A stretch of 64,000 bases of DNA from Gemmatimonadota bacterium (lineage in GTDB: Bacteria > Gemmatimonadota > Gemmatimonadetes > Palauibacterales > Palauibacteraceae): contig JBHIAV010000002.1 of assembly GCA_046758745.1 (NCBI GenBank), positions 32,001 through 96,000 on the forward strand, written 5' to 3'. The notes below the pieces were generated by a model. The model was given only the letters and a program-made list of their open reading frames with translations. It had not been told where the DNA came from and made no database searches. Shown here piece by piece: positions 18,910 to 27,858 of the stretch. A program made the translations under genes and the position numbers. How positions within the stretch are numbered: the stretch's first letter is position 1; each line of letters starts with the position of its first letter.

Positions 18910-19905
18910 TCATTTCGGTCGTCGTAGCAGCTCGACGCGAAGGTCGTAGGCGGCCGTCAGGAAGGGACGGCTCCGGTCTCCGCTCTCGACCCACCCGATC
19001 ACCGCTCCCTGCACAACCTGCTGCGGCGTGAAGCCGGAAGGTGTGGTGCGAATCCCGACAAATCGGCTGCCGGCTTCCAGCGTCCCCACGCCGGCGACGT
19101 CATAGGCGGCGTATCGCAGCCCTGCGGAGTCGCGCCGCGCCAACCAGAGCAGCTCCTCCTCCGGGTCGCTCAGGATAGCCTGCACAGGCAGGTCGGCGTC
19201 CCGTAGCGCCAGGCGCCGGCCCTCTCTCATGGCTGCGACCTCGAAGACGGTGTCCGGCACGTCGGCGGACCAGAGCCACATGCCGGCTCCTGAGGGGGCG
19301 AGCCGAGTCTCTCCCTGAGCTACGTCGAGGGCCCGGATGGGCTGGGGGCCCGTGCGGGGTCCGAGAAGGGTGTCCCGCGTGCTGCCCTGCAGATCCGTCC
19401 TCAGCAGAAGAAGCGTGGGCTGCTCGCCTTCCGAGGCCATCGCGTACACCAGACTGAAGGGACGGCGCGCGAGGGCCATGGTGATCGGCTCGAAACCGAG
19501 GGGAAAGCCGCGGATGTGCTGGCCGGCCGGCGTGTAGTGGTCCACCATACCGGTTGCGCGATCGTACACGAATACGCCGAGATCGGGCGCCACGGCCAGG
19601 CGATACGGGTCCACGAGCTCCACCGGCTCCGCATCCAGGTAGCCGAACATCTCGAAGTCGCCAGCCGGCGTGTTGAGGCGCATCACGACCTTCGTCACCG
19701 CCTCCGCCAACCAGACGACCTCGCGCGTGCTGGCCTTCATGTCGGCTGGATTCATGATGGGAACGGAGGACGGGGGCTGCGTCCACAGGCCGAGAGCCGG
19801 AAGCGCAGCCGTGGGATCATCGATTGACTCGCTGCACGAGAGGACGAGGAAGCCCATCAGGGTCGCCAGGAGGCTCTTGTGTGTCAGTCCTTTTCTCGCG
19901 AGCAT
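18910..19905 (-). CDS. Hypothetical lipoprotein (possibly beta-propeller)
   Basis: Lipobox VLSC; NHL-like segment PYRLAVAPDLGVFVYD...DHYTPAGQHIRGF. Confidence 0.55.
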   Translation of the reverse strand: MLARKGLTHKSLLATLMGFLVLSCSESIDDPTAALPALGLWTQPPSSVPIMNPADMKASTREVVWLAEAVTKVVMRLNTPAGDFEMFGYLDAEPVELVDPYRLAVAPDLGVFVYDRATGMVDHYTPAGQHIRGFPLGFEPITMALARRPFSLVYAMASEGEQPTLLLLRTDLQGSTRDTLLGPRTGPQPIRALDVAQGETRLAPSGAGMWLWSADVPDTVFEVAAMREGRRLALRDADLPVQAILSDPEEELLWLARRDSAGLRYAAYDVAGVGTLEAGSRFVGIRTTPSGFTPQQVVQGAVIGWVESGDRSRPFLTAAYDLRVELLRRPK

Positions 19906-20239
19906 CTTTCTCTCTCGCAGCCGCTGGGCCGCCGCCTCGGGTAGACCCGGGGAACGCGTTCGACCCTTGCTCCCGGCCGCGGGCTTGGCGGGCGCGCCGG
20001 GCCCGTTCCGCTGCTGCCGCGGCCGATGATAGCCCGTTCGGGAGCGGAGTCAATCGGCCGCCCGGCGGTTCACTTCACCGGATGAGAGCCGCGCGGGTGA
20101 GCGGCGGGACCGGCCGCGCTGCGCGGCGGCTGGCCGAGCAGCAAGACTGATGATAGACGGTTGATCGCCCTCCCGGATGGTGAGGGCAGTGGAGAGGGGG
20201 ATGCGGGTCGGGCGGCGAGGCTTCGCACCGGAAACGCTT

Positions 20240-23200
20240 ATGTACCATCTCCAGAGCTTCGGCGGCGTCGCTCTCACCGGTGGAGATGGCTCCAGCATCC
20301 GACTGCGCTCCCGGAAACACCTCGCGCTACTCCTCTTCCTGGTCGCGAACGGACGACGGGTGCACACGCGCCGCGAGCTCGCCTCGCTCCTGTGGGACAC
20401 TCCCCCCGGACGAGCGCGCCATTCGCTCAGCCAAGCGGTCTATGACCTGCGCTGCCGGCTCGACGGGATCATCCTTGGGTTCCCCGGGGAGGAGGTCCAG
20501 CTCGATTCAGGCCGAATCCGCTACGACGTCGACGAGCTTGAGCGAGCGGTCAAGGAGGGCAACCTCGGTCGAGCCGTTGAGTTGTACCGCGGCCCGTTTG
20601 CCACCAACCTCGACACCACCGGTACGGATGACTTCGAGCGGTGGCTCGAGACCGAGCGAGTGCGCCTCCAGCGGCTCGTTCACCTCTCGCTGCGTCGGTA
20701 CGTGAAGGAGTGCGACGCCCACGCCAAGTGGGGGGAGATGTGCGTGGCCGCTCTCAAGCTGGCCGACATGGATCCGCTGGACGAGGAGGCGCACCGTGCC
20801 CTAATGCGGGGCTTGTGGTTACATGGCGATCGCACCTCGGCCCTGCGCCACTACGAGGAGATCTCCGCCTTTCTGACAAGTGAGCTCCCCGGGGGGATCT
20901 CCAGCGAGACGCGGCAACTGGCCGAGCGGATCCGCCACGAGCCGGCCGAGGGGGCGACCATCGCTACGTCTGCCGCCGAGAACCGGCCGCCCCTCGTCGG
21001 CCGTGGGCAGGAATTCGAGTTCCTCAAGGACGCAGTTAGGGAGCTTCGCCGTGGTCGGGCGGGGACAGTGGTCGTGCAAGGTGAACCGGGGATCGGAAAG
21101 AGCAGGTTGATCCAGGAGTTCGTCCGCTCGGCATGCCTTGAGCCGATCCGCGTGCTTGAAAGCCGCTGCTACGCCGCTGAGAAGGACGTGCCGTACGGCC
21201 CGGTGGTCGATGGCCTGCGTCCGATCGCAGAACAGATGGCACGTACTCTCCCGAACGACGGCTGTCAATACACCCGGCTCGGTCACCTCTTCCAAGAGTT
21301 TGCGTCCTTCATGCAGCCGGAGATCGAGCACGGCGTCGATCCGAATGCCTGGCGCCGTCGACTGTACGAGGAGGTGGCCGATTTGGTGCGGAACGCCTCG
21401 GAGTGGGCACCAATCTTGTGGGTAGTGGAGGACATGCACTGGATGGATGCCACCTCCCGATCCTTACTCCACTACCTGTCACGGAGGTTGGCGGAGCGTC
21501 CCTTCATGCTGGTCATGACAGAGCGCGTCGGCAAGACGCATGTCGCTGTTCGTGCGCAACGGCGCAGACCGCCTCGTCCTGGGGAAACGATGGACCTCGT
21601 GCTGCCGCCGCTCACCGATTCCGAGATCGGGCAGCTCGTCGCCGAGGCTCTGCCCGAGGCGAAAGAGCACCCGGCGGTCGAGCTCGCACAGAAGCTGGCA
21701 GGGGGAAACCCGTTCTACGCGCTCGAGGTATTCCGGGCCGCATTCGCGTCGGCGGAGTGGATCGCCGAGGCCGACACCTGGGATCCCCTCACTGACGCAA
21801 GGTTGAGCGATGTCTTCGACATTCGCTTCCGGAACCTTCCGGACGGATCCCTTAGAATCCTGCGAGCCGTGTCCGTACTCGACCGCCACGCTACCCCCCG
21901 GCATGTCGCGGCCTTGGCCTCCCTGTCGCTGCAAGGAGCTGCCGACGTTTCCACCGAGCTGTACGAGCGCGGTCTTCTGGTTGACGGAGATTCCGAACTG
22001 GATTTCGTCAACGACATTGTGCGGGAGTACGTGTACAAGAGAATGAGCTCCATGCAGCGAGCAGCCCTGCACCTCGCTGCCGCGCAACAGCTCGATGGCG
22101 AGCCAGGAATCGGTGCGGCCACATTGGCCAGACATTACCATCTGGGCGACGACAAGCCGAATACCTTCAAGTGTGGGATGCAAGCCGCGACCGAGGCGAG
22201 CTCGTCGGGTGGCCATCTCGAGGCTGCCTCGATGGCCACTCTCGCTCTGGCTGCAGCGGGCGAGCGGGACGAGACCCTCAGGGCTTTGCGAATCCTGGCG
22301 AGCGCCGAGCTCCTATCAGCACAACTGAAATCGGCGCAGGAGCACTACTCTCGGATTCTCGACCTCGACACCGAGATGTCGCTCGAGGCGAGAATCGAGA
22401 CGAAGCTACACATCGTAGAGACGATGGCGGAACTGTCAGAGTGGGACGGAGGGCGGGAGTTGCTGAGCAGTCTCGCGGATGAGATTGAGAACATCCCTGA
22501 ACCTACGGTACAACTTCGAACCCGTGCGGAGACACTTTTCTGGAGCCTCAAGATTGCAATGCGCCAGAACGACTGTGAAGCCGCACGTGCAATTGCCTTG
22601 TCTGCACGTCGGCTCCGGGACACGGCAGTCACTGAGGGAACAGTCACCCCTGTTGCCGATGTCTCAGCGCTTTGCTGTGTAGCAGCCTACACCGCTTTCT
22701 TTGAAAACGCAGAAGATGCGCTTCAGCTCATTCAACTAGCTGAGAGGCGGATTGGGCTGATACCGGACTACTTGATCGAGAGGGTCCGACTCTTCAGTGG
22801 GATGGTCCGGCTACGGATGGCCCTATGGGATGAGGGGGAGCAGGATATCCTGGCGGCGATCGATCTGGCACGTAAACGTAAGGATCTAGTGCAGCTCAGT
22901 ACCCTATGGAACAACTTGGCTTGCTGCGCTCTCGAACAAGGCGACTGGGATCGTTTCGAAAAGACTGCATCTATGGCAGAATCTATTCAAGAGAAACTAC
23001 CAGTCCAGCTGGACGTTACGCTGCCATTGACGATCAATCGAGCTAACTCTCTCTTCTATCAGGGACATCCGCAGGCCGCAGGCAAGCTCTATAAGACCGC
23101 CCTCGATTCTGCGCTTGGCTTAGGATCTCGAGAGTTCGTACCTGAGCTGATGGCCTGCCGAGGACTGACCGCGCTACAGCTTGGCGATCGCGCAACAGCA

Positions 23201-23566
23201 GAAAAGATGTGGAACGGCGTCAAGGACTTGGACGCCGCGAAACTGGCAGGTGTCCAGGAACGGTTCAAGCTTGAATGGTTTCGGGGATATCACCTAAGGA
23301 ACGAAAGCTCCGCAGAGGCAGGTAGTCGGTTCTTCAAGGCTGCAGAAGAACAGGAGTTTCTCGACGTTCCAAGTTACTTGAAGATGCTGTGGCTCGGGTG
23401 CCTCTTGTTTCCGAAGTTGACTCGAGAGAGCCTGCGAGAAGCTGACCTGTTGGAACGTCTGAGGGCGGCGCGAATGTGGTGGTTCTCGAAGTTTGCCAAA
23501 CGTTGGCTCAGAGCAACGGACTACCACGCACGTCGCCTAAGCCGATTCCGCGGAGCGCGAAGCTAG
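20240..23566 (+). CDS. Large SARP-like transcriptional regulator: wHTH-BTAD, ATPase, TPR
   Basis: ELASLLW...ARHSLSQAVYDLR; DPLDEEAHRALMR (BTAD); LVGRGQE, Walker A GEPGIGKS, Walker B VVEDMHWMD, GGNPFY; helical TPR-like C-terminus. Start uncertain (20177, 20201 or 20240). Confidence 0.88.
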   Translation: MYHLQSFGGVALTGGDGSSIRLRSRKHLALLLFLVANGRRVHTRRELASLLWDTPPGRARHSLSQAVYDLRCRLDGIILGFPGEEVQLDSGRIRYDVDELERAVKEGNLGRAVELYRGPFATNLDTTGTDDFERWLETERVRLQRLVHLSLRRYVKECDAHAKWGEMCVAALKLADMDPLDEEAHRALMRGLWLHGDRTSALRHYEEISAFLTSELPGGISSETRQLAERIRHEPAEGATIATSAAENRPPLVGRGQEFEFLKDAVRELRRGRAGTVVVQGEPGIGKSRLIQEFVRSACLEPIRVLESRCYAAEKDVPYGPVVDGLRPIAEQMARTLPNDGCQYTRLGHLFQEFASFMQPEIEHGVDPNAWRRRLYEEVADLVRNASEWAPILWVVEDMHWMDATSRSLLHYLSRRLAERPFMLVMTERVGKTHVAVRAQRRRPPRPGETMDLVLPPLTDSEIGQLVAEALPEAKEHPAVELAQKLAGGNPFYALEVFRAAFASAEWIAEADTWDPLTDARLSDVFDIRFRNLPDGSLRILRAVSVLDRHATPRHVAALASLSLQGAADVSTELYERGLLVDGDSELDFVNDIVREYVYKRMSSMQRAALHLAAAQQLDGEPGIGAATLARHYHLGDDKPNTFKCGMQAATEASSSGGHLEAASMATLALAAAGERDETLRALRILASAELLSAQLKSAQEHYSRILDLDTEMSLEARIETKLHIVETMAELSEWDGGRELLSSLADEIENIPEPTVQLRTRAETLFWSLKIAMRQNDCEAARAIALSARRLRDTAVTEGTVTPVADVSALCCVAAYTAFFENAEDALQLIQLAERRIGLIPDYLIERVRLFSGMVRLRMALWDEGEQDILAAIDLARKRKDLVQLSTLWNNLACCALEQGDWDRFEKTASMAESIQEKLPVQLDVTLPLTINRANSLFYQGHPQAAGKLYKTALDSALGLGSREFVPELMACRGLTALQLGDRATAEKMWNGVKDLDAAKLAGVQERFKLEWFRGYHLRNESSAEAGSRFFKAAEEQEFLDVPSYLKMLWLGCLLFPKLTRESLREADLLERLRAARMWWFSKFAKRWLRATDYHARRLSRFRGARS

Positions 23567-24871
23567 ACCTCGCTTGGCAGCGAGGGACACTGGCTTGCTC
23601 GGGCCCACTAAGTCCTCAAGGATACCCGTCGCGACAACAACCGCCACGACCTTCGGGTCGAACTGCGTCCCACTGTGCTTCTGCAGTTCCTCGCGAACAA
23701 CCGTCACAGGAAGCGCCTCTCGATAGGGCCGTGCTGTGGTCATGGCGTCGATCGTATCGCAAACCATGATTATCCTTGCTCCGAGCGGTATTTCTTCCCT
23801 CGACAGTCCCGCAGGATAACCCTCCCCGTCGAAACGTTCGTGGTGGTGCCTTACACAGCGAAGTACCTCGCGGTGGATACTACGAATCGACTTGATGATG
23901 TCCACTCCCCGATCGGGGTGAGCGCGGATCAAATCTCGCTGTTCGGGCGTCAGAGGTCCTTTCTGTCGAAGGATCTCGCCATAGGCAACGTCGATCTTGC
24001 CGATATCGTGCAAAAGAGCGGCTGTTTCGATGATCTGTGCATATCGCGGCCTGAGTCTCAGCGCTCTGGCGATCCTGCTGGCTGCCTCCGCAACTCGGAT
24101 GGAATGACCCGACGTGTACGGATCCTGTGCTTCGATAGTCTTCACCATCAAGCGAAGCAGGTCTGTGTTCAACTGCTTCAGCTCGAAATTAATGCCATAG
24201 CTGTAGCGCAGGCCGATTAGCGGGATAATGGCCAGCAGCACGGCAATAGGTCCCCAGCGTGTGAAGGAAACGGCGACGAGATAGGCAAGAGGGCTCATGG
24301 CGATGTCAAAGATGATCAGACCGCCCGTAATATTTCTCCAAGCCTCGCGGTACGTGTGCCCTTCTGTAAGCGACACAACGTATGCGACGGTACCCGTGTT
24401 GACGGCGAAATAGGCTAGTACGGCCATGAGAAAGGGGGGAAACGTCTGACGAAAGTCGATGCTTTCCAGACTCTCGACGCCCCCAAACCACCTAAAAACC
24501 AGACTTGCCGCAGAGACAGCGAGGACGAGCTGGGCGGTATTGAACAGCTTCTTATAAAAAATCTTGTCGCGATAAAGAAGGAATTCCGAGAAAACCTCCG
24601 AGATGAGGGTGACTGTTACGGCACCGGAGGGTCCCAGGAGCAGAACGGCGCCCAGTTCAGGTATGAAGTCCATGGACGTGGTTGAGCCACTCTCTGAGAA
24701 CTTCAAGTATAGCATCATGCTGACGATGCTTAGCGCTAGGAGAGTTGCGAAAGCAACCACAAGATTGCTGGAAGAGGGGAGGGGGTAGCGCCAGAAAATA
24801 AAAGCTGCTGAGAACGCTGCCAGCGTCGCGGCGGCGTAGACTACAACGCGCAGGCGAGTGTCGATGGTCAT
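23537..24871 (-). CDS. Membrane-bound HD-GYP cyclic dinucleotide phosphodiesterase
   Basis: About 6-7 N-terminal TM helices; DPYTSGHS, LHDIGK, HHHERFDGEGYP, DAMTTARPYR all intact. Confidence 0.93.
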   Translation of the reverse strand: MTIDTRLRVVVYAAATLAAFSAAFIFWRYPLPSSSNLVVAFATLLALSIVSMMLYLKFSESGSTTSMDFIPELGAVLLLGPSGAVTVTLISEVFSEFLLYRDKIFYKKLFNTAQLVLAVSAASLVFRWFGGVESLESIDFRQTFPPFLMAVLAYFAVNTGTVAYVVSLTEGHTYREAWRNITGGLIIFDIAMSPLAYLVAVSFTRWGPIAVLLAIIPLIGLRYSYGINFELKQLNTDLLRLMVKTIEAQDPYTSGHSIRVAEAASRIARALRLRPRYAQIIETAALLHDIGKIDVAYGEILRQKGPLTPEQRDLIRAHPDRGVDIIKSIRSIHREVLRCVRHHHERFDGEGYPAGLSREEIPLGARIIMVCDTIDAMTTARPYREALPVTVVREELQKHSGTQFDPKVVAVVVATGILEDLVGPSKPVSLAAKRGLASRSAESA

Positions 24872-24897
24872 CTACTGAGGACCCCCAACCCCTGCTA

Positions 24898-24993
24898 TTA
24901 CCACCTGACCGTTCCACCCCAGCGGACCGTTCCACCCCAGCGGACCGTTCCGCCGAACAACCTGGCAAGCCAGTTGGTGCTGATCAGTAGCAT
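24898..24993 (-). CDS. Unannotated 31-aa peptide MLLISTNWLARLFGGTVRWGGTVRWGGTVRW (putative signalling-peptide precursor)
   Basis: SD AAAGGAGGTG at 25010-25001, 7 nt before the ATG; tandem stops TAA TAG; three 18-bp repeats that differ only at synonymous sites. Confidence 0.85.
   Translation of the reverse strand: MLLISTNWLARLFGGTVRWGGTVRWGGTVRW
24901..24954 (-). repeat. 3 x 18 bp coding repeat (GGTVRW)
   Basis: GGCGGAACGGTCCGCTGG / GGTGGAACGGTCCGCTGG / GGTGGAACGGTCAGGTGG on the minus strand. Confidence 0.95.
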
Positions 24994-25246
24994 CGAAGCT
25001 CACCTCCTTTCGAGTTGAAGACATACCCGTTCGCTACAGGGTATGCTTCGTCTCCGCTCGGAGGTCGCTCCGCTCAGCTCTCGGTGGCGAGCCGCAGAGA
25101 TTGGGGGTTCCTCTGGCTATCGCATCCCGGTCTATAGGTTTATCTGCGGCGCCAAAACGACTAAGCGCGCTGGGCCGCAAGGCTTCCCACAGTCGACCCA
25201 AGAAAGAAAAGCAATTGCAGGCCGCAACGCAACTGGGCGCCGGGGA

Positions 25247-25948
25247 TTACTTGTTCGCTATCCAGCGGTTGGTGGCGTGAAGGCAGGCCAGAACAGCCGC
25301 CTCCTCTGGCGAGTCCTGCACTCTGCCGATCCCGGCCAGGCAGACCGTGGTACGTCTGGCGTGGTCGTGAACGACAACCGCGAGCAGGCGACGTCCCAAA
25401 GCGTCGATCTGACTCACCCCCTCCAAAGAAAGGGAGGTCTTGTCCCCCGTGGCCTTCTGGATCGCCTGCAGAACAGCGTCGCAGGCGACCTCGAGGCGAG
25501 ACTTCGCGTAGTCGGGACCCTCGGCCTCTCCGACGTACTCGGTGTCGCCAGAGCGCAGCTGCACCCGGCAGGAGACCTGCTGACCCGTCTTGCGCTCGAT
25601 GTGGAATCCGTCTAGGAGGAAGCGTCTGGCGCCAGCCTGCGTCTCGGCCTCGGCCTCGGCCTCCGAGACCACGGGGATCTCGGGTCCCTTCAGCCTCGCG
25701 ACAGAGATCTTGCGGTGGTCTATCTGGAGGCCGAACTCCGCGAGGAGGGCCGATTCGATGTTGCGGACGATCTGTTTCGCCGAGAGGTCAGCGACGCTGA
25801 GCACGTGAATCTCATCGATGCCGCCATGCCCATCGGGCACGATCTTCAGGGAGCTCACCCCATCGAGACCCACCAGCAGCTTTTCGATCCGGCGCAAGCC
25901 CCAGGGATCCACGCCCCTTGCCGCCGGCTCTCCGGCCTCTCGGCTCAT
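25247..25948 (-). CDS. Hypothetical protein (EIHVL...KQIVRNIESAL...IDHRKIS; C-terminal part reminiscent of the LeuA allosteric domain)
   Basis: ATG at 25948 overlaps the DGC stop (ATGA). Natural globular composition in two domains joined by an EAEAEAE linker. Confidence 0.75.
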   Translation of the reverse strand: MSREAGEPAARGVDPWGLRRIEKLLVGLDGVSSLKIVPDGHGGIDEIHVLSVADLSAKQIVRNIESALLAEFGLQIDHRKISVARLKGPEIPVVSEAEAEAETQAGARRFLLDGFHIERKTGQQVSCRVQLRSGDTEYVGEAEGPDYAKSRLEVACDAVLQAIQKATGDKTSLSLEGVSQIDALGRRLLAVVVHDHARRTTVCLAGIGRVQDSPEEAAVLACLHATNRWIANK

Positions 25949-27675
25949 CGAACGAGCTTCCCTCCGATCGCGGGGTGTACAGTGTTGCCTCCGTGCGCCT
26001 TGGCAACATAGAGAGAGGCATCCGCCTCCGCCATCAGGGCCTCGCTCGTCAGAACGGACCGCGCCGCCCCTGAATGATAAGCGAGACCAATGCTTAGCGT
26101 AACCCCCGCCTCTCCCTGTGGCGTATGAACCCGGAAGGTCTCTGCCTGAGATCGAATCTCCTCGGCCACCCGCGCGGCGCCCTCGGGGTCGGCGTTTACG
26201 AGGATAAGAACGAACTCGTCGCCTCCGAAGCGACACGCGATGTCGGTGGCCCGGATGGCTCCTCTCAGGATATCGGCGACACCCCGCAGGATGTCGTTGC
26301 CGGCTGCGTGACCGAGCCGATCGTTGATCGGCTTGAAGTCATCCAGGTCGATGAACAAGACGGCGAGGGAGGTACCGCTCCGATTGGCGCGTGCCACCTC
26401 CTGAGCCAAGCGTTCCTCGAGTACCCGATACGTGAAGAGTCCGGTGAGGGCGTCATGCATGGCGTCGCGTGACGCCTGCTCGACCTGACGTCCCAGGTAG
26501 TAAGGGCAGATCGATAGGGTGGCCCGTCCTCGGGAGATGGCATCGGCGAAGTCGACGCACCTCGCGTGGCCGCAGGCCCCGCAATCCCAGTACGCACCGC
26601 CGGGAGCCCTTCCGATTCGCTCGAGCACGCGAGCCGCTTGCGCGGAGTCGGCCGGTGGAAGCGCCGCGGCATTCGGCTCGAAGGAGGCGCTGAGATCCAG
26701 AGCCGGCGGAACATCGACTACGGGCTCCCCGGAACGCCCGCCTTCCGCGAGCTCGGCGATCGCTTTGCGCCAGAAAAGGTCCTCATGCCGCCCGAAGGCG
26801 GGATGATCGAGGCTGCCCTCGAACGGTAGGACGTCGAGGAAGCCGAGTTCGCGTTCGCTGCTGACCACCGCTTGGGCGACGGCGCTCAGGGCGTGCAGGC
26901 CCCGGATCTTGCTGAACCGCCGCGATGAGAGGGACTCCTCCTCAAGCATGGCCAGCGGAAGCCCACCCGCGGTGGAGAGGTGACGGCGCCGCTCCGGCGG
27001 GATGCGCTCGAGCGTGAGGGGCTGCCTCTCCGGGTCCGCGCCCTTGTGGATCAAGAGATCCTTCAGCTCCTCGAAGGAGATGCATGCGCTGATACCCTGT
27101 TCGTCGCGGTCCGGCCCTGGAGTCGCCAGACCAGCGTAGATGATCCTGTATTCTGGCCCGTAATGGGTGCGAAGAAACCGACCGAGGGCAACGGCAGGCG
27201 TGACGATGGGCGCCAGGAAGGGCAGCAGGGCGGGGAGCCTGACTCGGCAGTAGTCGACCACGATGGAGCTGGTGGAGCGGATCCACGTCCTGGGGGAATC
27301 TTCCCGCCACAGGCGCAGATACTCGTGCGCCACCAGCTCATCGCCCAAGGTCTCAAAGTATACGCCGTGAAAGCCCGCCCGGAAGCAGGCGTTGATGATC
27401 TGCTCTGGCGTGGCCGGGTGGAAACTGACGGCCACTTCGGCCGGTAAGATGAGGATCGCCCGGTCCTTCTCGATGGCTTCCCGCACCTCCCGGATGTCAC
27501 CGACGACGTCGATAGCATCGTGGTGGCAGGCCGGAACGCAAAGGCCGCACTCGATGCACGTCTCCCCGACGATCCGCACCTCGTTCCCCGAAACGGCGAT
27601 CGCCTCGACGGGACAGACGCGGACGCAGGCCATGCACGCCGTGCAGTTGTCGTTGACCGAGAAGCTAAGGTTCAC
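25945..27675 (-). CDS. Diguanylate cyclase with 2[4Fe-4S] ferredoxin, degenerate [FeFe]-hydrogenase-like and FeS domains
   Basis: CTACMACVRVCP and CIECGLCVPAC; DCGACGHARC...CPYY; DLDDFKPINDRLGHAAGN; RATD I-site followed by RFGGDEF; ADASLYVAK. Confidence 0.9.
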   Translation of the reverse strand: MNLSFSVNDNCTACMACVRVCPVEAIAVSGNEVRIVGETCIECGLCVPACHHDAIDVVGDIREVREAIEKDRAILILPAEVAVSFHPATPEQIINACFRAGFHGVYFETLGDELVAHEYLRLWREDSPRTWIRSTSSIVVDYCRVRLPALLPFLAPIVTPAVALGRFLRTHYGPEYRIIYAGLATPGPDRDEQGISACISFEELKDLLIHKGADPERQPLTLERIPPERRRHLSTAGGLPLAMLEEESLSSRRFSKIRGLHALSAVAQAVVSSERELGFLDVLPFEGSLDHPAFGRHEDLFWRKAIAELAEGGRSGEPVVDVPPALDLSASFEPNAAALPPADSAQAARVLERIGRAPGGAYWDCGACGHARCVDFADAISRGRATLSICPYYLGRQVEQASRDAMHDALTGLFTYRVLEERLAQEVARANRSGTSLAVLFIDLDDFKPINDRLGHAAGNDILRGVADILRGAIRATDIACRFGGDEFVLILVNADPEGAARVAEEIRSQAETFRVHTPQGEAGVTLSIGLAYHSGAARSVLTSEALMAEADASLYVAKAHGGNTVHPAIGGKLVR

Positions 27676-27817
27676 GACTGCGTCCGCTCGGTGCGTGTAT
27701 CATGAAACGGCCCCGATCATGGCGGGTCCGAGGGCCTCTCCGGTGACCGGCGAGGGGTACAAGAAACATACCCGGGCCCAGGTCCCGTGGGAAGCGCGGA
27801 TCGGTCGTCGGGGTAGG

Positions 27818-27858
27818 AGTGTAACCACTGTAACGTGTTACTACAACGTACATTACGT
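27818..27858 (-). promoter_or_regulatory. Putative sigma70 promoter of the DGC operon with overlapping inverted repeats
   Basis: Minus strand TTGTAG (27846-27841), 17-nt spacer, TACACT (27823-27818). Palindromes GTAAC-gt-GTTAC (27830-27841) and ACGTA-cat-TACGT (27846-27858). Confidence 0.55.

Noticed and set aside
24901-24954. 18-bp repeats as a CRISPR array or iteron set
   Set aside because: The repeats are contiguous with no spacers, there are no cas or rep genes, and the variation is synonymous in a coding frame.
24657-24968. Tracked ORF with SAGVER repeats
   Set aside because: Alternative frame of the same repeat. It lacks an SD, overlaps the HD-GYP gene, and its repeat changes are nonsynonymous.
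24872-24993. Trp-rich peptide as a TrpL/TnaC-type attenuator leader
   Set aside because: The Trp codons are not tandem and no terminator hairpin or U-run lies in the 26 nt before the HD-GYP start. Disfavoured but not fully excluded.
25945-27675. Active [FeFe]-hydrogenase
   Set aside because: H-cluster cysteine motifs are absent and no hydEFG maturases are in the window.
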